The notes under the pieces: model-generated | What the model saw: the letters and a program-made list of their open reading frames with translations, nothing else | Database searches by the model: none | What the model was told of the DNA's origin: nothing | Made by a program: the position numbers and the translations under genes | NCBI GenBank assembly: GCA_963793425.1 | Contig: CAWCAG010000007.1 | Location: forward strand, 736,001-800,000 | Direction: 5' to 3' | DNA: 64,000 nucleotides | From: an uncultured cyanobacterium | GTDB lineage: Bacteria; Cyanobacteriota; Cyanobacteriia; Cyanobacteriales; CAWCAG01 | Shown: positions 48,237-58,368 of the stretch, piece by piece | Position numbering within the stretch: the stretch's first letter is position 1 | Layout: each line of letters begins with the position of its first letter

Positions 48237-49958
48237 ATGATACATATAGCCAGTAAACTTATGCTGGTGTTGCCGCCAATTTTGGCCCAAGAGACACCAG
48301 AAACACTCAAAACAATTACAGGAATTGCTTTTCTAGACTCGATTCTCGCCCCTATTGGTGGGAGTTTAGGCAGTTCGATACTCAACTTCCTCTTCGCCAT
48401 CATCGTCTTAGTCGTTGGTTGGATCGTCGCAGGAATTGTTAAATCAATAGTTAAGGGCCTGTTGGGTCGCACCAACATCGACAACAAAGTTGCTGGTTGG
48501 ATCTCAGGAAGAGAAGGCGGCGAATCTATACCCATTGAAAAATGGATCTCAGAAGTAGTTTATTGGGTAATTATTCTCTTTGTTGTAGTTGCCTTCCTAC
48601 AAACTCTGCAATTAGAAGCGGTTTCCGAACCCTTAAACGCTCTTTTAGAACAGATTACTAGCTTCTTACCGAAAATAGGTGGGGCCTTAATTCTGCTGGC
48701 TTTAGCTTGGCTGCTAGCAACCTTGGTTAAAATGATTGTTGGCAGGGCTTTGCGGGCATTTCGCGTTGATGAACGCTTAGGGCAACAAGTTGGGGAAACA
48801 ACAACCACCACAAGCACTACCCCTTCTACCACTACAACAGGAACTGACCCTTCTGCCACAACGACAACCACAAATCAGTTTTCCCTCAGCGAAACCATCG
48901 CTAATACCCTTTACTGGTTCATTTTCCTCCTCTTCCTACCCTCTATCCTTAGTACCTTAGAGTTGGAAGGAACATTATCACCAGTCCAAGGATTAGTTGA
49001 TAAAATCCTTTCCATACTGCCTAACATTCTCGCTGCGGTATTAATTGGCTTCGTCGGTTGGACAATTGCCCAAATTGTTCGCAAAGTAGTAACTAATCTC
49101 CTGGCAGCCACAGGAACCGATCGGGTTGGGGCCAGATTTGGTCTTTCCACCGCAACCGGAGGCAAATCTCTTTCTTGGATTATTGGGACAGTAGTTTATG
49201 TCTTAATCTTGATTCCTGTTGCCATTGCTGCGTTGCAGGCATTAAAAATCGAGGCTATTTCCGAACCTGCGATCGCGATGTTAAATGACATCCTCACAGT
49301 TCTGCCCCAAATTTTCACTGCCGCCGTTATTCTCATCTTTGCTTATGTAGCCGCTAAATATCTTGCTGATTTAGTAACTAGCATCCTTACCGGTATTGGT
49401 TTTAATAATGTTTCTCGGTGGTTGGGTTTATCCTTTGTCACAACCCCTCGCACCCGTACCACTACACCACCTCCAGGGATGGGGGAAACAACAGCAATTC
49501 AAACAACCATTCCCAGCAAAACCCCATCGGAGTTAGTCGGAATTGTTGTTCTGGTAGGTATCATGTTGGTAGCTACCTTAACTGCTGTTGATATTCTCAA
49601 TATTCCTGCTTTAACTAATTTAGTCGGGGCAATAGTTTTAATTGCAGGGCAAGTTCTCACTGGTATAATTATCTTTGCCATTGGTTTATTCCTCGCTAAC
49701 TTAGCCTTCAATCTCATCACCAGCTCTGGCAGTCGCCAATCTCGCATCCTGGCACAAACTGCCCGGATTGCCATTATTGCTTTAGTCTCCGCTATGGCAT
49801 TACAGCAAATGGGTATTGCTAGTAGCATAGTTAACTTAGCTTTTGGCTTACTCTTAGGTGCGATCGCCATAGCCATAGCCTTAGCTTTTGGTTTGGGCAG
49901 CCGCGATATTGCTGCTGAACAAGTCAGGGAGTGGCTAGATTCTTTTAAGCGAGATTAA
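48237..49958 (+). CDS. CmpX-like multi 'TM helix' repeat (mechanosensitive-channel-associated) membrane protein
   Basis: Repeated LP.I..A..I...GW units; C-terminal LAFGLG.RD.A. Confidence 0.85.
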   Translation: MIHIASKLMLVLPPILAQETPETLKTITGIAFLDSILAPIGGSLGSSILNFLFAIIVLVVGWIVAGIVKSIVKGLLGRTNIDNKVAGWISGREGGESIPIEKWISEVVYWVIILFVVVAFLQTLQLEAVSEPLNALLEQITSFLPKIGGALILLALAWLLATLVKMIVGRALRAFRVDERLGQQVGETTTTTSTTPSTTTTGTDPSATTTTTNQFSLSETIANTLYWFIFLLFLPSILSTLELEGTLSPVQGLVDKILSILPNILAAVLIGFVGWTIAQIVRKVVTNLLAATGTDRVGARFGLSTATGGKSLSWIIGTVVYVLILIPVAIAALQALKIEAISEPAIAMLNDILTVLPQIFTAAVILIFAYVAAKYLADLVTSILTGIGFNNVSRWLGLSFVTTPRTRTTTPPPGMGETTAIQTTIPSKTPSELVGIVVLVGIMLVATLTAVDILNIPALTNLVGAIVLIAGQVLTGIIIFAIGLFLANLAFNLITSSGSRQSRILAQTARIAIIALVSAMALQQMGIASSIVNLAFGLLLGAIAIAIALAFGLGSRDIAAEQVREWLDSFKRD

Positions 49959-49989
49959 CACCTCAATTTAAACTCAAGGCAATCAAGAG

Positions 49990-50026
49990 AAAATCCCCAT
50001 CTTTACTTCTTTAGATGGGGATTTTT
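49990..50026. terminator. bidirectional rho-independent terminator
   Basis: AAAATCCCCATCT...AGATGGGGATTTTT between convergent genes. Confidence 0.8.
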
Positions 50027-50054
50027 TCAATGCTCTCAACAATAATACCAACTC

Positions 50055-50864
50055 CTAATGTTTCGTTTCAATATCTAACTCTTCGCGACGCAAATTTTCC
50101 TCAACTTTAACTAACTCTTGGGTCACTTCTTTTGTAACAGAAACTTCTTCCGTTACAAAAGCTTCTTTATGAATATTAGCCGCTTCTTTGTGAACTTCAA
50201 ACCGAGCAAGTTCCTGATTTTGGAAATTAGTTTTGCTAGGGTGAACTGGTATTTCTGGATTAATAGGTTCAGAACGTTCAATAACAACTCTTTCTCTTTC
50301 TACAGGTACTCTAGCTTTTGCTCTTGAACTTGTCACCTGCTTACCTACTGCCACTTCACCAGTTTTGTAGCGATTTTTATTAACCATAAGTCGTTCTTCA
50401 TGTAATCTAAGTTTATGATTATCTGGCATTTGATATAAGTCTGGCTCGCTTTCGTAATAGTTGTTACGACTCAAAGCCGGAGGGGTATTCATTGGGGTTT
50501 TTCTCGGCCGATAAACATTACGTACTCTTTGTTCGTATTCATAATCTACCGTCATGCTATCGTCATATTCCGGTAATTGTTCTGCTTGTTGTTTATTTTC
50601 TAAACCTGTAGCATAAATGCGTTGTCTGCCGTCATCAATGCGACAGCGCCCCATAGGAAGTAAAACTTTTTTACCAACAAACCAAAACCCTGTATCAACT
50701 ACGAAATAGCGAAATTTACCAGTTTCATCCACTAAAACATCATGAATTGTACCAACTTTTTCTTCTGTTAGCCCAGCATAAACAGTAAGTCCTTTCACTT
50801 CCTCACCATCAAATAAATCTTGAGTGTAGGTAGGATAGAAATCCTCAATTTTGTATAAAGTCAT
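50055..50864 (-). CDS. PRC-barrel + DUF2382 (YsnF/AvaK-like) protein
   Basis: G..RY.VVD.GFW..GKKVLLP.GR; L.EERL.V.K; RREELD. Confidence 0.9.
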   Translation of the reverse strand: MTLYKIEDFYPTYTQDLFDGEEVKGLTVYAGLTEEKVGTIHDVLVDETGKFRYFVVDTGFWFVGKKVLLPMGRCRIDDGRQRIYATGLENKQQAEQLPEYDDSMTVDYEYEQRVRNVYRPRKTPMNTPPALSRNNYYESEPDLYQMPDNHKLRLHEERLMVNKNRYKTGEVAVGKQVTSSRAKARVPVERERVVIERSEPINPEIPVHPSKTNFQNQELARFEVHKEAANIHKEAFVTEEVSVTKEVTQELVKVEENLRREELDIETKH

Positions 50865-51294
50865 AGGTTGAATTTAGTAAGATTTTTTGTTTACTTAAAT
50901 ATATGTCTCAAATAATAATTTCTCAGATTGTTTAAGACTTCCTGCCCACGACGTAAACAGCAGCATCATAAGGAATAGCTCTTGGCTATAATTAGAGAAT
51001 TTTCAACAAAAAAAGCTACTTCTCAAGGAATAGGTAAGGAAGGAAGGACAATAACTCAGTCCAAGTTTTTTAGTGATAGCAATTCACAATTGTTGCCATG
51101 ATCAAGTTTATCGTCAGCTACTTATGTACATAGTTCTCATCATCGACTTTTAGAGTATAAAAAAAGCCTCATATCTATCTATTCACTGAGAAAGAAAACA
51201 TTTCTTATTTCTCAAGTGAGATGTGTTTAAGAAGCTAATTTAGCTACGCTAAAAAGCAATAAATTAACTTTGCTTAAAATAAGGTCTTGAATAT

Positions 51295-52946
51295 ATGGCC
51301 AACTTGATTGAGTTTAAGCTTCTAGCTCCTTATAACAAAGAAGCTGCCTTAATTGGGTCTTTTTCTGACTGGGAAGATATTCCGATGGAAAAAGATGAGA
51401 AAGGTTACTTTCGCACCAAAGTTGAGTTAGAAGATGGTGATCACCAATATAAATTTAGGATACGCTCTAAAAGTTGGTTCTTAGAACCGGATCAGTGGAT
51501 AGAAGTGGTAGACCCCTATGCTATAGATATTGATAATCCTACTCAAAATGGCATAGTCCGTATTAAAAGTGGTGAAAGAATTGTTGATACCTATGTTTGG
51601 CAACATGACGACAAGCCTTTACCAGCAGACCAAGAATTAGTTATTTATGAACTGCACATTAGCGACTTTTCCGGTGGGGAAGATGACCCCAACCCTAGAG
51701 GAAATTATAAGCACGTTATCGAAAAACTAGACTACCTAACAGAACTTGGTATCAATGCCATAGAATTGATGCCGATTAAGGAATACCCTGGAGATTATAG
51801 TTGGGGTTATAATCCCCGTTACTTCTTTGCCTCTGAATCTAGCTATGGTTCTACCAGTGGATTAAAGAAATTAATTGATGAGTGTCATGGTAAAGGGATT
51901 CGCGTCATTATGGACGGTATCTATAACCATTCAGAAGCTTCTAGCCCCTTAACTCAAATTGACCACGATTACTGGTATCACCACGAACCCCGTGATCCTG
52001 ATAACAATTGGGGACCGGAGTTTAACTACGAATTTTACGATGAAAAGTTAGATATCAAACCAGCTTGGCAGTTCGTTGGTGATGTGGTTAGATTCTGGAT
52101 TGGCGAATACCACATTGATGGTGTCCGTTACGACGCAGCCAGACAAATTGCCAACTATGACTTCATGCACTGGATAGTTGCAGAAAGCAAAAAAACAGCG
52201 GGGGAAAAACCTTTTTATAACATCGCTGAACATATTCCTGAAACAACTAGTATTACCAATGTTGATGGGCCGATGGATGGTTGCTGGCATGATAGCTTCT
52301 ACCATACCGTTAAAGCCCATATTTTCGGCGAGAGATTTGAATTAGAAGAACTTAAAGATGTCATTGATTGTAAGCGACAAGGTTTCTTAGGTGCAACTAA
52401 TGTAGTTAACTACCTGACAAACCATGACCATGAAAGGATTATGGTAGAGTTAGCTAACCGAGAAATTTTTGAGGAAGCCGCTTTCAAACGCTTTAAGTTG
52501 GGTGTAGTTCTTTTGATGACAGCAGTTGGAGTTCCTTTAGTTTGGATGGGAGAAGAATTCGGAGATTATCATCCCCTTGATCCGGAACCGACTAAAATTG
52601 ATTGGAGTTTACTAAAAAACGACCTCAATAAGGGCTTATTTGAATACTACAAAGGTTTGGTTAACCTACGCAAAAATAATCACGCTTTGTACACAGAAAA
52701 AATTGATTTCTTCCACGACAATGTAGAATCAAAAGTGCTTGCCTATACTCGCTGGAATGATGAAGGTTCTCGTGTTGTGGTGGTGGCTAATTTTTCAGAC
52801 AACTATCTAGCTGGCTACGAAGTTCCTAACTTCCCTGAAAATGGTACTTGGCACGAATGGACTGGTGATTATGACCTTGAAGTTGGGGAAAATAGTATTA
52901 CAGTTGATTAGGCGAGTACGAAGCTAAAGTCTTTGTTTGGCAATAG
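51295..52946 (+). CDS. GH13 alpha-amylase family protein with CBM48; 1-nt frameshift near the C-terminus
   Basis: IYELH, WGYNP, DGVRYDA, AEH, NHD; ORF stops at 52911 but the shifted frame continues GEYEAKVFVWQ* to 52946. Confidence 0.88.
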
Positions 52947-52980
52947 AAGAAAATTAGAGTAATTAAAAAGGAATTGTTTT

Positions 52981-53139
52981 ATGGATATAGTTAGGCTTCT
53001 TTGTGCAATCTTTTTGCCACCTTTAGGAGTGTTTTTGCAAGTAGGTATTGGACCTCAGTTTTGGATTAATATTCTTTTAACCTTCTTAGGTTATATTCCA
53101 GGAATCATTCATGCCGTTTGGATCATTTTGAGAAGATAG
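52981..53139 (+). CDS. YqaE/Pmp3 family membrane proteolipid (not in ORF track)
   Basis: MDIVRLLCAIFLPPLGVFLQVGIGPQFWINILLTFLGYIPGIIHAVWIILRR*. Confidence 0.93.
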   Translation: MDIVRLLCAIFLPPLGVFLQVGIGPQFWINILLTFLGYIPGIIHAVWIILRR

Positions 53140-53220
53140 TAGCCGTAATTAAAAATAAAAATTAGCCCTGGCAATGACTAAGAGTGTAGAATTGTCAGGA
53201 GCTTTATTTTTATATAACTT

Positions 53221-54123
53221 ATGGAGTTAATTGAGACAGTCAAGAACAGTTTGCAAGAATTAGTAGGTAGCAGTGTTAAAATTCTGCCTGCTTTGCTTGC
53301 AGCACTGATTGTTATTTTAATAACTCGCTTTATAGCAGAGTTTGTGCAAGGAATAGCCACCAAAGTAGGGAGAAAAACTATTCGTAGCCAATCTCTGCAA
53401 CTATTACTCTCAAAAACAGCCTATGTAACCACTTGGCTAATCGGAATTTTAATTGCTAGTGTTATTGCCTTTCCTAGCTTAAGATTAGGAGATGTTGTTG
53501 CTACATTAGGGCTTGGTTCTGTAGCCGTTGGTTTTGCTTTTCAAGATATCTTTAAGAACTTTTTAGCCGGAATCTTATTATTAGTACAAGAACCTTTCCG
53601 CATCAACGATCAGATTATTGTGGGTGACTATGAAGGAACAGTAGAACGTATCGATATTCGTACCACCAGCATTCGCACCTATCAAGGAGAAAAAGTACTG
53701 CTTCCTAACTCTACTGTTTTTACCAGTGCAGTACAAGTAAGGACAGCTTTCGACTCTCGACGTACGGATTTAGGAGTAGGAGTTGATTATAATACCCCTT
53801 TGCCCAAAGCAGCAGATATTTTAATGACAACGGTTAAAGGTGTTGAAGGGGTACAAGAAAATCCTAGCCCAGAAATAGATGTAGTCAATTTTGGTGATAG
53901 TTCCATTGACTTTGTGGTTCGCTACTGGACAATTCCTCAACAAAAAGGAGTAAGAACGACTCAAACTAAAGTAATGATTGCCATTAAACAAGCTTTGGAT
54001 CAAGCTAATATTAGTATTCCCTACCCAATCCGCAACCTTTACCTATATGATCAACAAAATTTTGACGATTATCTAGAAGTAAAGGATTCTCCTACAGAAA
54101 CACCTAGTGAAGGGCAAAACTAA
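53221..54123 (+). CDS. small-conductance mechanosensitive channel (MscS family)
   Basis: GFAFQDIFKNFLAG, PFRINDQI, GTVE.I.IR.T, FGDSSIDF. Confidence 0.93.
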   Translation: MELIETVKNSLQELVGSSVKILPALLAALIVILITRFIAEFVQGIATKVGRKTIRSQSLQLLLSKTAYVTTWLIGILIASVIAFPSLRLGDVVATLGLGSVAVGFAFQDIFKNFLAGILLLVQEPFRINDQIIVGDYEGTVERIDIRTTSIRTYQGEKVLLPNSTVFTSAVQVRTAFDSRRTDLGVGVDYNTPLPKAADILMTTVKGVEGVQENPSPEIDVVNFGDSSIDFVVRYWTIPQQKGVRTTQTKVMIAIKQALDQANISIPYPIRNLYLYDQQNFDDYLEVKDSPTETPSEGQN

Positions 54124-54125
54124 CA

Positions 54126-54377
54126 CTAGGCCATTTCTAACTCTTGACGATAAATTTCGCCCCATTTTTGAAAGTATTTTTTGCTAGCAACTTCAACTTT
54201 CTGCCTTAATTCTGGTAGTAGATTACAGCATTTGCTATTGGGGTTAGTCCGACAATTAATTTCCGCTACAAGCAGTTCCTGTTCTAGTATATCTAATTCT
54301 ACTTCTAAAGTTTCTCTAACTTGGGTCAAAGAAGTACTACTATTTTGGAAACATAATTCTAAATTTTGGTAGTTCAT
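54126..54377 (-). CDS. hypothetical protein
   Basis: 83-aa ORF filling the gap; no motif recognised. Confidence 0.45.
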   Translation of the reverse strand: MNYQNLELCFQNSSTSLTQVRETLEVELDILEQELLVAEINCRTNPNSKCCNLLPELRQKVEVASKKYFQKWGEIYRQELEMA

Positions 54378-54523
54378 GGTTGCTGCCCTTGGTTAGAGAA
54401 TACAACTCTAATGTAAAGGAAAGTAACTCTAGAGGCCAACAGCCATTTAGCTGAGGGAAATTCTCAAAGCAAGCTAAATGGCTTATGCTAGTTTGCTGCA
54501 CATCGCAACTCATCTATAGCAAG

Positions 54524-54915
54524 TTGACACTCCCCGATCCTTTAGGCACGGGGATTCTTGGTTCAACGAAACCACTTAAACTAGATTCCTTGCGTCGTCT
54601 AGCTCAGAGGTGGGATTCTCAATAGAGCGTTGATTCGGGTATGCCCTACCCTATTCACATCGCTGCGAGTCCTGTTTAGTTGGAAACGAACTTGTTTCAC
54701 AATGCTGATTGTCTAGTCCCTATAAATCTTTTACCCACTGCTAGGAGGATACTAGAAAAATGCATCTCTATCCCTATAAATTTAATTTTTCAAGGTTCAG
54801 CGCTACGTCTTCCGACGGCTAGGTTTTTAGAGTGGTTGATTCCCTTTTCCACTATTATGCGAGTATACCAGAAAAGCTGTCCTATAAGAACGGGGCTTTA
54901 GACCCAATTATTTCG
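54524..54915 (-). mobile_element. non-autonomous IS200/IS605 (IS608-type) element (PATE-like) with TnpB omega-RNA-like right end
   Basis: Minus strand: TTAC| left end, AAAG-led hairpin (54872-54899), right end GAATCCCCG..CGGGGAGTGTCAA (54524-54557); no tnpA/tnpB ORF. Confidence 0.82.
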
Positions 54916-54958
54916 GTAATAATATTTATATTGACTTTTATCTTCTCTTGTTGAAAAG

Positions 54959-55032
54959 GGCGAACGACGGGACTTGAACCCGCGAATGGTGGAATCACAA
55001 CCCACTGCCTTAACCACTTGGCTACGCTCGCC
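54959..55032 (-). tRNA. trnH: tRNA-His(GUG) with G-1; CCA not encoded
   Basis: GGCGAGCGTAGCCAAGTGGTTAAGGCAGTGGGTTGTGATTCCACCATTCGCGGGTTCAAGTCCCGTCGTTCGCC folds as a cloverleaf. Confidence 0.95.
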
Positions 55033-55106
55033 GTAATATTTATAGAATATAACATTTTGGTGACAATTGATCTAGGTTTAAAATGGATAATTAAAAATTT
55101 CTTTAA

Positions 55107-55205
55107 CTGTGTTTGGCTGAAATGGCAACAGCAGTACAAATGAGTTCCCATCATTTTGCTAGTTTGTTTAAGGAATCTGTGGGCAGACCTCCTCATCAAT
55201 ATTTC
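55107..55205 (+). pseudogene. AraC-type HTH fragment
   Basis: LAEMATAVQMSSHHFASLFKESVGRPPHQY resembles the first AraC HTH; flanks do not continue the homology. Confidence 0.65.
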
Positions 55206-55328
55206 TCCCGATGTCTTTACTACTCCGGTGTAGCCTACGGCAAGGAAGTGCAACCCTACTCCCTGCTCCCTGCTCCCTGCTCCGGTGTCCCCTACCCTAG
55301 CCATACAATCTAAATACCTGACAGCTTA

Positions 55329-56567
55329 TTACCTTCTTGCTAAGATTATATAGTCATCAACAGCATAATAGGGGTTTACCACCTCTTGTAAATATTGATT
55401 TTTAAGAGGATTAAGATATTGTTTTTCCACTAAACCATCTCGAGTAGAACTAATCTGCTTATACCACTCTAAATTCAAACCTAATTCTGTAAGTAAATTA
55501 ATTATTAAACTATCTTCTGTCTCTGGAACTTCCTCTTGAAAATCATCTTGATTACTTCCCAAACTTTCCCTATCTATTATCAGCAAAATATAACCGTTCT
55601 CAGCTAAACTTGCTTGCCAGATTTGTTGATAGATGTGATGAGCTTTTTGTTGCTGTTCTAATTCCAGGAAAGAGTAGTGGGAAATAACAATAAAATCAAA
55701 GAAATTATTGGGTATAGGGCTGGATTTCGGCTCGTAGGTGAGAATATCCGTAGTATCGAGGCGGAAATAAGTGTTAGTTACAGCTTGATGAGATTCTAGA
55801 TAATTACGCCAAAATTGCAATCCTCTTAACTGAAGTAAAGATTGTTTTTCTAAAGAGTAATAGGAAATATGTAAACGCGGCATCCTCAAGAAATATTTAG
55901 TGCTTTCGAGAAGTAAAGCTAAGCCATAAATTACTGTTCCCACTCCCGCACCGATATCCAATAAACGGATATTCTGGGGCATCAAGCCTGCTTCATAAAC
56001 CAAAAACCAAGCTAAATAATTGCTATAAACATTATCCAAAAAATCGCTCATTAAGTAAGTATGAGGGCTAAGCTTGAAGTTATATTCTTTTTCGCTTTGT
56101 AAATCATTAATAGCTAGGCTCAATTCTTCTTTAAGCCTGCTTTCTGGAACTTTAGCAAATTCTTTTTGCAGAAACTCAGCTAAGGCTGATTCAAAATCTT
56201 TAAAAGTACGTTTTTCTATGCCTGTACAAGACAATTTATGTTCACTTTGCTGAACAATTTTGTAGCTTGTGTGAATAAAATGAACAAATTCTGAGTTTGG
56301 AGGAACTAAATCTTCCTGACTTTGTTGAGGCACTTCTTCAGGAAAATCCTGATGCTGTCGCCCTGATGCTGTCGCTAATTCCCGCTTATAAAAATCTAAA
56401 GATTGCTCTGTTTTTAACTGTTTACGATAAACCTGTTGCAATAAAGAAAGTTTCGCCCCTGCCTCTTCTGTTTCCTGCAAGATTTGTCTCGCTTTTCTTT
56501 CGTTGCTTTCTTTCAAAGCACCGCGAAACTTAAGAGAACGTAACCAATTACTAAAAGGATTACTCAT
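55329..56567 (-). CDS. conserved cyanobacterial protein with SAM-methyltransferase-like domain
   Basis: LLDIGAGVG motif I, FDFIVIS; ATG at 56567. Confidence 0.65.
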   Translation of the reverse strand: MSNPFSNWLRSLKFRGALKESNERKARQILQETEEAGAKLSLLQQVYRKQLKTEQSLDFYKRELATASGRQHQDFPEEVPQQSQEDLVPPNSEFVHFIHTSYKIVQQSEHKLSCTGIEKRTFKDFESALAEFLQKEFAKVPESRLKEELSLAINDLQSEKEYNFKLSPHTYLMSDFLDNVYSNYLAWFLVYEAGLMPQNIRLLDIGAGVGTVIYGLALLLESTKYFLRMPRLHISYYSLEKQSLLQLRGLQFWRNYLESHQAVTNTYFRLDTTDILTYEPKSSPIPNNFFDFIVISHYSFLELEQQQKAHHIYQQIWQASLAENGYILLIIDRESLGSNQDDFQEEVPETEDSLIINLLTELGLNLEWYKQISSTRDGLVEKQYLNPLKNQYLQEVVNPYYAVDDYIILARR

Positions 56568-56646
56568 AACAAAAATCTTCTTGGTATAGAAAGAGCGATC
56601 GCAGCCCATATCGATACTAGGAGTTAAGATGAGAATTATTCTTCTG

Positions 56647-57276
56647 TCAAGGGGTTAGTTCTACTTGCGGAGATTTTTTCAGTTCCCCTGTCCGCATTAG
56701 GGAAATGAGAGAACGCTCTTTACGCAGATCCATTTCTTCGGCTAAACCTTGTTTTTTATCATCCAAAAGATTGGCTTGATGGGGAGGAACTATTGTCACC
56801 TGCGGTTCTGGGTTGGGTTGTTGAGTATAACTAGCAGGAAGTTGGGGCAGGTTAAAATTTGCTTGAGGGCGCTTTTTGCGAGCAACCCGCCGCTTTTTTT
56901 TCGGTTTAGGCAGATCGAATTTTAAGTTTTTGAGAGGTTTGATTAACAAAGCTTTATGTTTCCAGCCCTGCCTTACTAAAATAAGACCTACCAACCCACT
57001 AGTTACCATCGCCCCAATTAACCACAGAGGAGGTAAATTGTATTCTGGTTCAGGCTCCTCAAAAACTGTTGGGGAAGGTAAAGATTGGGAAGCAGGAGGT
57101 TGCATTTCCCCAGGATCTAATAGTGCTGTCATGGCACTAATTCCCACAATAGTGACGGAAATGCCGATGGTACTGAAAAAAGCCACTGGATAGTGATTAA
57201 CCAGCTTTCTAACGATGTTAGGACTATTTTGCTTTGGTAGAGAATTATTTGTTGAACTGAGCATTGATGCTCTCAC
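56647..57276 (-). CDS. hypothetical membrane protein
   Basis: Two TM segments, basic stretch, LAEEMDLRK..SL C-terminal motif. Confidence 0.65.
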   Translation of the reverse strand: MRASMLSSTNNSLPKQNSPNIVRKLVNHYPVAFFSTIGISVTIVGISAMTALLDPGEMQPPASQSLPSPTVFEEPEPEYNLPPLWLIGAMVTSGLVGLILVRQGWKHKALLIKPLKNLKFDLPKPKKKRRVARKKRPQANFNLPQLPASYTQQPNPEPQVTIVPPHQANLLDDKKQGLAEEMDLRKERSLISLMRTGELKKSPQVELTP

Positions 57277-57348
57277 CCTTTACCTACTAAGTGTTTGATC
57301 ATGTGACCATATAAGTTTATTCCTTGTCAATAAAATGATCAACCTAAC

Positions 57349-58080
57349 TCAAACTCCATATCCTACTTTTGCTTGGGCAGACTTACTTGTGCCGCCAATT
57401 ATGTCTGGATTAAAGCGATAACCAATATTGCGTACTGTTTGAACTAAGTTAGGTTGGCGAGGATCACTTTCTATTTTTTTGCGTAAAGATAAAACATGGG
57501 TATCTATGGTACGAGGATTATCAATAGCATCAGGCCAAGCCCGCTTCAGCAGTTCCGAACGACTTAAAGCCATTCCTTGGGCTTGGGCGAGAATATACAG
57601 CAAACTAAACTCCTGGGGAGTTAATTCAATTAAATTCCCTTGGAAGTGAACCCGACGCTGTACTAAGTCGATTTTGAGGTCGCCATAATTGAGATAGAGA
57701 GGAACAGATGTTAAGCGCATCCGCCTCATTAAAGTCTCAACTCTGGTCATAAACTCCTGCATTCCAAAAGGTTTGCTGAGGTAATCATCGGCCCCAGCCT
57801 TTAAACCGATGACAATATCCTTTTCACTACTACGGGCAGACAGCATTAAGATTAGAGATTGCCGCTGTTGATAGAGCCAACGGCATAGTTCTACTCCGCA
57901 TCCGTCTGGTAAGTCAGAGTCAAGGATAACTAAGTTTGGCTGGTAACTAGGGAATATGTTCCTAGCCTGGTGAATGCTGGCCGATTGTTGAACCCAATAG
58001 CTTGCTTGTTGCAAGTGCCATGCTAACAGCGATCGCAGGTGAGGATTGCCCTCAACAATTAAAATTTGAACCGAACCCAC
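57349..58080 (-). CDS. nrrA: nitrogen-regulated OmpR-family response regulator NrrA (All4312/Sll1330 ortholog)
   Basis: MGSV.I.IVEGNPHLRSLL.WHLQQ N-terminus, winged-helix C-terminus, upstream NtcA promoter. Confidence 0.88.
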   Translation of the reverse strand: MGSVQILIVEGNPHLRSLLAWHLQQASYWVQQSASIHQARNIFPSYQPNLVILDSDLPDGCGVELCRWLYQQRQSLILMLSARSSEKDIVIGLKAGADDYLSKPFGMQEFMTRVETLMRRMRLTSVPLYLNYGDLKIDLVQRRVHFQGNLIELTPQEFSLLYILAQAQGMALSRSELLKRAWPDAIDNPRTIDTHVLSLRKKIESDPRQPNLVQTVRNIGYRFNPDIIGGTSKSAQAKVGYGV

Positions 58081-58113
58081 GTTGGTTTTCTTCCGTTGAA
58101 TCTGGTGAGATTA

Positions 58114-58155
58114 AAGTTAACAGAGCTAATGTCAAGATGTTGTAACAGAGGCTAC
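58114..58155 (-). promoter_or_regulatory. canonical NtcA-activated promoter of nrrA
   Basis: GTA-N8-TAC at 58142-58155, a 22-nt spacer, then TAACTT (TAN3T) -10 at 58119-58114 on the minus strand. Confidence 0.85.
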
Positions 58156-58368
58156 GTATAACTTCATAGGACAGATTTTACATTCAATTTTTTTCTAACT
58201 AAAGATAGAGGAAATCGTATTTTCAACAGGAATTAAGTAGTAATTAGTTAAAATAAATTTAAGGAGTTCATGAAGGTTCTCAAACTCCTGTTAAAAATTA
58301 CTGGTAATATTTACTTAAATCCTAACTTTTCAAGCCAAATTCTCACAACCTACCAAAACTTTAAGATA

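Noticed and set aside
54680..55313. ORFs 54680-54901, 54882-55304 and the tail of 55113-55313
   Set aside because: They run across the IS-derived element, tRNA-His and STRR repeats; only the AraC-like fragment is credible.
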